Shown here: piece by piece, positions 1 through 7,502 of the stretch | Layout of the letters: every line of letters begins with the position of its first letter | Numbering within the stretch: the first letter of the stretch is position 1 | DNA from: a virus | IMG/VR virus record: IMGVR_UViG_2974684452_000001 | Location: 1,828 to 65,827 of that record | Length of the DNA: 64,000 bases | Reading direction: 5' to 3' (one strand) | Notes under the pieces: generated by a model | What the model was told of the DNA's origin: nothing | Databases searched by the model: none | What the model saw: only the letters and a program-made list of their open reading frames with translations | Position numbers and translations under genes: made by a program

Positions 1-1
1 C

Positions 2-838
2 CGCATCGAAGCGGCCAGCCGCGACGTCGAACCGTGGGCCGACATCTTGGCTCGGGTGGCGCTTCCGCGCGACGACCGCACCTGGTTGATGACGCTCTAC
101 AACACCTACGACGACCTGCACTCGGCGTTTGCGTGCTACCGGCGCTGGCCGTCGATCGCGGCCTGGGCGGCGGCGGGCGACCGCGACGACGTGGCCCAGT
201 ACAACTGCACTCAGGAGCGCCGCAACCTGCGCGGTGGCCGGGTGATCAAGCGGTTCGCCAGCTACGCCGCCGTTTTGGCCGGGCGCACCGAGGAAAAGTG
301 GATGCGTGAGGTCTGCCAGTGGGACAACCCCGGTCGCAACTTCACCGCGCTGAGCGCACGGATGCGTGAGGTCTGGGGCGTCGGTCGCCAGAGCGCGTTC
401 GAGTGGGCGGAGTTCGCGGGCAAGGTGGTCAACCTGCCGGTCGACGCCGCCGACGGCCAGCTGTTCGAGAGCAGTGGCCCGCGCCGGTGCCTTGAGCGCA
501 TCTTCTGCCTCAACAGACCCACGCCCGCCGAACTCGACCACGCCGCGAACGTGTGCCGCGAGTGGATCGCTCAGGCCGGGGTGCCGCTGGCGTGGGTCGA
601 CTTCGAGACGATCATCTGCGACTACAACGTGATGCGCGACGGGCGGTACTACCCTGGCCGTCACCTGGCCGCGCTGCGCGAGGAGATCGACACTCTCCCC
701 AGCGAATCCGACCGGGCGCTGCTCAACGACGCCTGGGCGCGCTTCGTGCCGGAGCCGTGGGCGTCGATCGCGCCGGGCATCGACCCGGCGAAGATGCCGG
801 TCTACCGCAACACCGGGAGGATGCTGACGTGCCCGTAA
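2..838 (+). CDS. Amino-acid:DNA transferase-like (aGPT-Pplase2/ADDT-type) base-modification protein; 5' end cut by the window edge
   Basis: Frame is open from position 2 (RIEAASRDVEPWADILARV...). GRQSAFEWAEF, FETIICDY and YYPGRH resemble the HhH-glycosylase-like ADDT family as recalled. It sits next to a P-loop kinase. Confidence 0.65.
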   Translation, partial: RIEAASRDVEPWADILARVALPRDDRTWLMTLYNTYDDLHSAFACYRRWPSIAAWAAAGDRDDVAQYNCTQERRNLRGGRVIKRFASYAAVLAGRTEEKWMREVCQWDNPGRNFTALSARMREVWGVGRQSAFEWAEFAGKVVNLPVDAADGQLFESSGPRRCLERIFCLNRPTPAELDHAANVCREWIAQAGVPLAWVDFETIICDYNVMRDGRYYPGRHLAALREEIDTLPSESDRALLNDAWARFVPEPWASIAPGIDPAKMPVYRNTGRMLTCP

Positions 839-1932
839 GGACCAGTCTCGCTGCCGACGACGCCGCCGCGATCGCGCGTCTGCTCGGCCAGTACACCAAG
901 GCCCACAACGCGGGCGGGTTCGCTCACCCGCTGGCGTCGGAACTGCGCCAGCACCCCGAGTGGGTCCACTGGGAGCAGGTGGGCCGGGAGCAGGCCGTGG
1001 TCATCGCCAAGCAGCTGACCCGCGACAGCCGTCGCACCGACTTCACCGGCGCGGAGTTCGTCATCCCGAAGCACGCGCTGGTGGCGACGCACGTTGCCCG
1101 CACTGGCTATCTGGTGCCCGACCTCGCGCCGTTCGACTACGTGTTCGCCTACGCGACCGACGCGATGGTGTCGGAATCGCTGCGCGCACTGGGCAAGGAG
1201 ATCGTGGCGCACCGGGTCACCAGCGCCGCTGAGGTGATCAACGTCTGGGGTCCGGCGCGGGAGAAGGCCTTCTACCCGGCCTGGGACCGGGCCACCGTGG
1301 TCGACGTCGGCCTGATCGCGCCGTCGATGATCGAGATGCTGAGCAGCGAGATCGCCACCGTCACTGGCTGGGACGACGACTTCCCGTACTACTCCGACGG
1401 CGGCTGGTCGGCGGTCTGCCTCAAGGGCTTCTGGCCCGACCAGCCGGGCAAGGGCGTCAAGCCGAGCGAGATGCCGCGCAGCTGGAAGGCGAAGCACGCC
1501 GACGACCTGGGGCGGCGGGCGGAGTGGACCGTGCTCAGTCGCGAACTGCCGCTGCTGACGCGGTGGGTCCAGTCGATCGACAGCTGGCGCGACACCGAGC
1601 GCGTGCGCCTGCTCAAGATGAACGCCGGGTCGGCGCTGGGCCGACACACCGACATCACCGACCGCTTCGGCGGCACTCGCGACGGCCAGATCACGCGGTT
1701 CCATATCCCGCTGATCACCGACCCGGCAGTGGTGATGCACACCTGGGACTTCGACGGGGCGCGGCGCACGCACCACCTGCAGGCCGGGCACTGCTACTAC
1801 CTCGACGCGCGCAAGCCGCACGCCGTCGAAAACAACAGCGACGTCAACCGGGTCCACCTGGTGGTCGACGTGGTGACCGATGCGACCGTGCGCGACCAGA
1901 TCGCGACCGCATTCACCCGACCAACGCGGTAA
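829..1932 (+). CDS. Two-domain protein: unknown (possibly GNAT-like) N-terminus plus AspH-type Fe(II)/2-oxoglutarate oxygenase C-terminus
   Basis: GTG at 829 follows GGGAGG (815-820). HxD (LGRHTD), RFHIPL and distal H (KPHAVENNSDVNRVHLVVDV) form a typical cupin facial triad. Confidence 0.75.
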   Translation: MPVRTSLAADDAAAIARLLGQYTKAHNAGGFAHPLASELRQHPEWVHWEQVGREQAVVIAKQLTRDSRRTDFTGAEFVIPKHALVATHVARTGYLVPDLAPFDYVFAYATDAMVSESLRALGKEIVAHRVTSAAEVINVWGPAREKAFYPAWDRATVVDVGLIAPSMIEMLSSEIATVTGWDDDFPYYSDGGWSAVCLKGFWPDQPGKGVKPSEMPRSWKAKHADDLGRRAEWTVLSRELPLLTRWVQSIDSWRDTERVRLLKMNAGSALGRHTDITDRFGGTRDGQITRFHIPLITDPAVVMHTWDFDGARRTHHLQAGHCYYLDARKPHAVENNSDVNRVHLVVDVVTDATVRDQIATAFTRPTR

Positions 1933-1942
1933 AGTGCCGAGC

Positions 1943-2506
1943 ATGAACCCCCGCCTGATCTACCTGGTCGGCCAGCCTGGCGCTGGCAAGTCGACGCTGA
2001 TGGCTGACCTGACTGCCGAATACGATCGGGTGCCCGCGCACCCGCCGGAGTACCCGGTGGCCCACGATCAGCTGGTCAACCGCATCACCGGCGCGGTGAT
2101 CGGGGCGGAGATCGGCATCGTCCGTGAGGCTTTCAGCGGCACCGACGCGCTGCCCAGCGCCGTCATCGACAAGGCGGTGCCCTGGATCGGCACGCGCCCT
2201 TACCCGTTGCTGCTCGGCGAAGGTGCCCGGCTGGGCAACCGGCGCTTCATCCTCGCCGCCCTCAACGCCGGGTACGACGTCACGCTGGCGCTGGTCGACC
2301 ACGACCAGGCCGACGAGTGGCGCGCGGCGCGGGCGAAGGCGCTCAAGCGCACGCAGAACGAGTCGTGGGTCAAGGGGCGGCGCACCGCGTCGATCAACCT
2401 GTTCAACGAGATGCGCGAACTGAGCAAGACGCAGAGCGTGCGGGCGTGGGTCGGGTCGCCCGACAGCCTGCGCGAAGGCCTGAGCGAGATCATCCACGAT
2501 GGCTGA
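1943..2506 (+). CDS. P-loop nucleotide kinase, like those found in 5hmU DNA hypermodification loci
   Basis: Walker A GQPGAGKST; FSGTDAL, GEGARL and QNESWVKGRRT motifs; ATG 7 nt after TAAAGT. Confidence 0.75.
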   Translation: MNPRLIYLVGQPGAGKSTLMADLTAEYDRVPAHPPEYPVAHDQLVNRITGAVIGAEIGIVREAFSGTDALPSAVIDKAVPWIGTRPYPLLLGEGARLGNRRFILAALNAGYDVTLALVDHDQADEWRAARAKALKRTQNESWVKGRRTASINLFNEMRELSKTQSVRAWVGSPDSLREGLSEIIHDG

Positions 2507-4286
2507 CGCGCAGCCGCGCAAGGTGCGGATGCCGGACGACGACGGCACCCCGACCCCCGACGTCTGGACGGGCGACGGCCTGTTCGACACCGGCAAGGCC
2601 GCTGAGCTTTACGAGGCGGTCAAGCACTGGCCCGACGAGCAGAAGCGGGCCATGCTGTCGTCGCTGCGGTCGGCGGAGACCCGCGCGGCGATCAAGGTCA
2701 AGTACCGCCACGCCGCCGAGATCGCGGCAGCGACAATTCCCGGCTACAAGATCACGCCCGCACTCGATCTCATCGCCAACCGGATCGAGACCTGCATCCG
2801 CCGACCGGCGCGCAACTTGCTGATCAACATGCCGCCCCAGGAGGGCAAGAGCAGCCTCGCGGCGGTCTGGACCGTGATCCGCGCGCTGCAGCTGAACCCG
2901 AACCGCCGCATCATCCTCGCCACCTACGCCGACGCGCTGGCTGAGGAGCACAGCCGCACGGCCCGCGACATCATCATGCGCCACGGCACCGACGTCGTGG
3001 ATTCGGTGACGGGCCTGCCGGTCACCGACCAGATCGGCCTCAAGCTCAGCCCGAAGTCCAACAAGGTCTCGGCGTGGAAGGTCGAGGGCGGCAACGGCGG
3101 CTTGGTCGCGGTCGGCCTGGGAAGCTCGATCACCGGTCGCTCGGCTGACCTGTTCGTGATTGACGACCCGTTCAAGAACATGATGGAGGCCGACTCGGCG
3201 GCGCACCGCGCCAAGGTCTATGAGTGGTTCTCGTCGGTCGTGCTGACCCGTCTGTCGCCCGAGGCGTCCATCATCCTGATCCAGACGCGGTGGCACCCCG
3301 AAGACCTGGCCGGGAAGGTGCTCGCCGCCGAGGCTGAGTTGCCAAAGCAGCACCGTAGCTGGCACCACATCAACGTGCCCGCCATCGCCGAGGAGGGCAT
3401 CAACGACGCGCTCAATCGCCCGTTCGGCGTCCCGATGGAGTCAGCCCGCGACGGCGTGACCGACGACGGCGAGGTGGTGAAGCGCGACTTCCTGCGCACG
3501 AAGCGCCAGGTATCTGAGCGCACCTGGTACGCGCTCTACCAGGGCAGCCCGCGCAACCCGGCAGGCGGGCTGTTCCTTCGGTCGTGGTTCGAGCCGCGCC
3601 TGCCCGACGCGCCGACGCAGCCCGTCGCGGCCATCGTCGGCATCGACCCCGCCGACTCCGGCGACGGCGACGAAACCGGCATCATCGGCGGGTTCCTCAC
3701 CCGCACTGGCAAGGTCGTGCTCGCGGAGGACTGGTCCGGTCAGTTCACCCCCGACGAGTGGGCCAAACAGGCAGTGACGCTGGCGCTGCAGATGGGCGCG
3801 CGGGAGATCGCGATGGAGGCCTACGCCGCCGCGAACAGCTACCGCGACGCGCTGCGCCGGGCCTACCGCGACATGCACCGCGCCGTCGTGCGCAAGCAGT
3901 ACGAGGGCGCGATGCTGACCCCGATCGAACAGCGTTGTCTCCCTGACATTCCGCCGTTCACGATCTACAAGTGGCGGGCCGGGGCGAAGGTCGACAGCGT
4001 GGGCCGGGCGGCTCTGCTGCGCCAGGCGCTCGAAACAAAGACCTGCCAGCTGGTCGAGTACAACCTCGCGGTGTTCGAGGAGCAGGCGGCTGACTGGCAG
4101 GCCGGACAGCACCAGCCTGACCGGGTGTCGGCGGCGATCATCGCCCACGACCGCCTCGCTGCGCTCGGCAACGGCGGTATGGGCCTGTCCAGCCCGCCTG
4201 GTGGACCTGGTGGCGGGCCTGGGCCGGACGGGCGACGAGTGCCGCCTCCGCCCCCGGCGTGGATGCGGCGCACGATCCCCGGTTAG
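2499..4286 (+). CDS. terL: Terminase large subunit
   Basis: Walker A MPPQEGKS, Walker B LFVIDDP, IQTRWHPEDL coupling motif, nuclease GIDPAD...DETGII and QPDRVSA. Confidence 0.93.
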   Translation: MADAQPRKVRMPDDDGTPTPDVWTGDGLFDTGKAAELYEAVKHWPDEQKRAMLSSLRSAETRAAIKVKYRHAAEIAAATIPGYKITPALDLIANRIETCIRRPARNLLINMPPQEGKSSLAAVWTVIRALQLNPNRRIILATYADALAEEHSRTARDIIMRHGTDVVDSVTGLPVTDQIGLKLSPKSNKVSAWKVEGGNGGLVAVGLGSSITGRSADLFVIDDPFKNMMEADSAAHRAKVYEWFSSVVLTRLSPEASIILIQTRWHPEDLAGKVLAAEAELPKQHRSWHHINVPAIAEEGINDALNRPFGVPMESARDGVTDDGEVVKRDFLRTKRQVSERTWYALYQGSPRNPAGGLFLRSWFEPRLPDAPTQPVAAIVGIDPADSGDGDETGIIGGFLTRTGKVVLAEDWSGQFTPDEWAKQAVTLALQMGAREIAMEAYAAANSYRDALRRAYRDMHRAVVRKQYEGAMLTPIEQRCLPDIPPFTIYKWRAGAKVDSVGRAALLRQALETKTCQLVEYNLAVFEEQAADWQAGQHQPDRVSAAIIAHDRLAALGNGGMGLSSPPGGPGGGPGPDGRRVPPPPPAWMRRTIPG

Positions 4287-4594
4287 ACGTTGGCCTCCCA
4301 GCAGATCAGGATCATGCCGGGGCTGATGTAGTCGGTGAACCAGGCCTGGTCGGCGGCGCGGGCCATATCGAGACCGCCGACGAAGACCACCTGCATCGCG
4401 TCGATCACGTCGACCGGAGCGCCGCGCTCGGCAGCGGCGATGCGCATCTGCTCATACAGCTGCTCGCCGAACTCCGGCCAGTCGATCAGCTGGCGTAGTA
4501 CGACCGGCACTTCGAGGCGGAACTTGCGGGCGCGCTGGACCTTCACCGCGATCCGCTGAGCGCTGCGCGGGCGGAACGGTACGACGTCGCCCAT
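4283..4594 (-). CDS. Hypothetical protein
   Basis: 103-aa ORF whose start overlaps the ruvC stop. Confidence 0.65.
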   Translation of the reverse strand: MGDVVPFRPRSAQRIAVKVQRARKFRLEVPVVLRQLIDWPEFGEQLYEQMRIAAAERGAPVDVIDAMQVVFVGGLDMARAADQAWFTDYISPGMILICWEANV

Positions 4595-5166
4595 CAGTCG
4601 CCCAGCCCGTCGATGACCTCGTTGCGGTACTTCGTCACTGGCAGGATCGGCAGCCCGATCTTATGGCAGACCACGGCGGCGACGGCGAGCGCGTCGGCCT
4701 CGTTGTTGTCGCTGACGTCGGCGTCGGGGAACTGCTTGATCATCGCGGCCAGAACCTGATCCTTGCTCGCGGTGCCCTTCCCGGTCGCGAACTTCGCACG
4801 CGCCGTGGTGGCGACGACCGTCAACGGCACGTCGTACTTTTCGCACAGTTCGATCACCCGGCCAAACACCCACGGCAGCACCCACGACGCCTCGCCGCGC
4901 GCCCCGTAGGCCAGCGATTCCATGCCGACATGCTCGGGCTTCTCGTCGTGCGCGAAGCACCACTCGATCTGGTCGATGAGGCTGTTGACCCGGCGGGCCA
5001 TCGCGCGCTTGGACTTGTCCTTGGTCGGCTTCGGCGCACCGACGCGGGCGACGTCGGCGACGAACGACACCGGCTGCCGGGGCGGGTTCGACGGAGGCCA
5101 GACGGCGAGATCAACGCGGGCCAGCCCGGTCGCGGTGAGGCTGGTGTCGATCCCGAGGATGCGCAT
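4594..5166 (-). CDS. ruvC: RuvC-like Holliday junction resolvase
   Basis: MRILGIDTSLTATG, MESLAYG, KFATGKGTASKDQV and NEADALA motifs. Confidence 0.92.
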   Translation of the reverse strand: MRILGIDTSLTATGLARVDLAVWPPSNPPRQPVSFVADVARVGAPKPTKDKSKRAMARRVNSLIDQIEWCFAHDEKPEHVGMESLAYGARGEASWVLPWVFGRVIELCEKYDVPLTVVATTARAKFATGKGTASKDQVLAAMIKQFPDADVSDNNEADALAVAAVVCHKIGLPILPVTKYRNEVIDGLGD

Positions 5167-5214
5167 CGGCTCAGGCTAGCACTTACCCGCACTCGTCGGG
5201 GTAGTGTGCAGCCC
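5167..5214. promoter_or_regulatory. Back-to-back leaderless-type promoters for ruvC (-) and the 5215 gene (+)
   Basis: TAGCCT on the minus strand (5173-5178) is 6 nt before the ruvC ATG; TAGTGT (5202-5207) is 7 nt before ATG 5215. Confidence 0.6.
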
Positions 5215-5616
5215 ATGACCCTCATCGTGCTCGGCATCTACGTGCTAGCGATCATGCGGCTGACCCGCCTGATCAACGCGGACACCATTCTCGACCGGCC
5301 TCGGGCGGCGATCATCACGCGGGCGCGGGCCAGCCGGATGGACGCCAACGAGGCACGCGCACTGGGCCAGGACGTGCGGGCGACGCTGCTGGCGCGCCGG
5401 GCGCAGCGGTGGGCCACGCTGACGTACTTCATCCAGTGCCCCTGGTGCGTCGGCATGTGGCTGAGCCTGCTGACCGCGATCGCGCCAGTGCTGGTGCTGC
5501 ATTGGCCCTGGTGGGCGTTCGTCCCGATCGCCCTCGCGACCAGCCACTTGATCGGTGTCTGCGCCCGGTTCGCCGACACCGAGGAGATCGACGTCGAGGA
5601 TGATGACGACGAGTAG
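5215..5616 (+). CDS. Membrane protein (DUF1360-like)
   Basis: RLTRLINADTILD and CPWCVGMW motifs, hydrophobic helices, acidic tail; true start is within the longer listed ORF. Confidence 0.7.
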   Translation: MTLIVLGIYVLAIMRLTRLINADTILDRPRAAIITRARASRMDANEARALGQDVRATLLARRAQRWATLTYFIQCPWCVGMWLSLLTAIAPVLVLHWPWWAFVPIALATSHLIGVCARFADTEEIDVEDDDDE

Positions 5617-5642
5617 CACCGTGGCCGGATAACCTGACCGGT

Positions 5643-7502
5643 ATGGCTGTCCGCATCGTTCGTCGCCCCAAGGGCGCGCCGCGCCGGTCGCTGACGGCGG
5701 CATCGCAGCCGGTCGAGGATCCGCAGAAGATCAAGTCCAACGTCATCGGGGCGACCAAGGCCAGCTGGCAGAGCGAAGCCTGGGACATGCTCGATACCGT
5801 TGGCGAGCTTCGCTATTACGTCGGCTGGCGTTCGTCGTCGTGCGCCCGCGTCCGGCTGCTGGTGAGCGAACTCGACCCCGACGGGGTGCCGACCGGCGGC
5901 ATCGCCGAGGACAACCCCGACCGCGAGAAGCTGATCGAGGTCGGGCGCGCCATCGCCGGTGGACGTCTGGGCCAGAGCCAGCTGATCAAGCGTCTGGTCG
6001 AGTGCCTGACGGTGCCCGGCGAGAGCTACATCGCGATCATCCTGCGCGACGACGGCGAGCACTGGCTCGCGCTGACCAACGACGAGTGGAAGTCCACCAC
6101 GTCGAACAAGGTCGAGATCGAGATGCCCGACGGCACCAAGCATGAGTTCGTGCAGGGCGTCGATCGGCTGTTCCGCGTGTGGAACCCGCGACCGCGCCGG
6201 GCGAAGGAGGCCGACTCGCCGGTGCGGGCGAACCTCGACCCGCTGCGCGAGATCGTGCGCACCACCAAGAAGATCAAGAACGCCGACAAGTCGCGCCTGG
6301 TCGGCGGCGGCGTCTGGTTCATCCCGCAGGAGATGAGCCTGCCCAACAGCCAGGCTCCGATCGTCGGCGGCAAGCCGGGCGACCCGGTGCCGATGTTCAC
6401 TGGCACTGCCGCTTCGGAGCAGCTGAGCGACCAGCTTTACAACGCGGCGCTGGTCAGCAGCGAAAACGATGACGACGCGGCGGCGTTCATCCCGATCATC
6501 GCGACCGTGCCCGGCGAGCACCTGGGCAAGATCATGCAGCTTGATCTCTCCAAGGAGATCAGCGAAGTCGAGATCAAGAAGCGCAACGACGCGATCGCGC
6601 GGCTGGCGATGGGCCTGGACGTGTCGCCGGAGCGGCTGCTGGGCCTGGGCAGTACGACGAACCACTGGTCGGCGTGGCAGGTCGGCGACGAGGACGTGCA
6701 GCTGCACATCAACCCCGTCATGGAGACGATCTGCCAGTTCATCAACAGCGAAGTGCTGCGCGGCACCTTCAACGACCTGGGCCTGGACCCCGACCGCTAC
6801 GTGCTCTGGTACGACGCGAGCCAGCTGACGATCGACCCCGACAAGAGCGACGAGGCGACCGAAGCCCACGATCGCGGCGCGATCACCAGCGAGGCCTATC
6901 GCAAGTACCTGGGCCTGGGCGATGAGGCGGGGTACGACCTGTCGACCATCGACGGCTGGAAGATGCTCGCTCAGGACGTCGTGGCGAAGAACCCCGAGAT
7001 GCTGCTCACCTGGTACCCGCTGCTCGACGCGGTGCAGGGCATCGACTTCCCGCAGCCCGCTCCGGCCATCGAGCAGGGCACCTCGCAGCCGCCGGGCGAA
7101 GACGAAGACGGCGACACCGAAGGCAGTGAGCCGGACACGGAGAACGACGACGAGAGCGCCAATCAGGCGACGCTGGCGCGCATCCACAGCCGGGCGGAGT
7201 ACCTGTTGGCCGAGCAGGTGCTGATCACTCGCGCACTGGAACTGGCCGGGAAGCGCCGCGTGCGCACCAACGACCACGACCAGCGGGCGCGGCTGTCGAG
7301 CTACCCGGCGCACCGCTGGCACCGGATGCTGCCGCCGGTCGCCGAGCAGGACATTCCGAAGTTGATCAACGGCTGGGACTCTGCGCTCGAAGATCAGACC
7401 ATCGCGCTGCTCGGGGTCGACACCGAGGCACTGCGCGCTCGGGTGCGTGAGGCGATCTACCGCGAACTCACCCGGCCCGTCGTTGACGGGACGGTCGACT
7501 GA
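5643..7502 (+). CDS. Portal protein
   Basis: 619 aa following terminase; WDMLDTVGELRYYVGW and NHWSAW motifs recalled from actinophage portals. Confidence 0.85.
   Translation: MAVRIVRRPKGAPRRSLTAASQPVEDPQKIKSNVIGATKASWQSEAWDMLDTVGELRYYVGWRSSSCARVRLLVSELDPDGVPTGGIAEDNPDREKLIEVGRAIAGGRLGQSQLIKRLVECLTVPGESYIAIILRDDGEHWLALTNDEWKSTTSNKVEIEMPDGTKHEFVQGVDRLFRVWNPRPRRAKEADSPVRANLDPLREIVRTTKKIKNADKSRLVGGGVWFIPQEMSLPNSQAPIVGGKPGDPVPMFTGTAASEQLSDQLYNAALVSSENDDDAAAFIPIIATVPGEHLGKIMQLDLSKEISEVEIKKRNDAIARLAMGLDVSPERLLGLGSTTNHWSAWQVGDEDVQLHINPVMETICQFINSEVLRGTFNDLGLDPDRYVLWYDASQLTIDPDKSDEATEAHDRGAITSEAYRKYLGLGDEAGYDLSTIDGWKMLAQDVVAKNPEMLLTWYPLLDAVQGIDFPQPAPAIEQGTSQPPGEDEDGDTEGSEPDTENDDESANQATLARIHSRAEYLLAEQVLITRALELAGKRRVRTNDHDQRARLSSYPAHRWHRMLPPVAEQDIPKLINGWDSALEDQTIALLGVDTEALRARVREAIYRELTRPVVDGTVD

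Noticed and set aside
553-828. Listed 5' extension of the oxygenase ORF
   Set aside because: Lies inside the ADDT-like gene; a good SD supports GTG 829.
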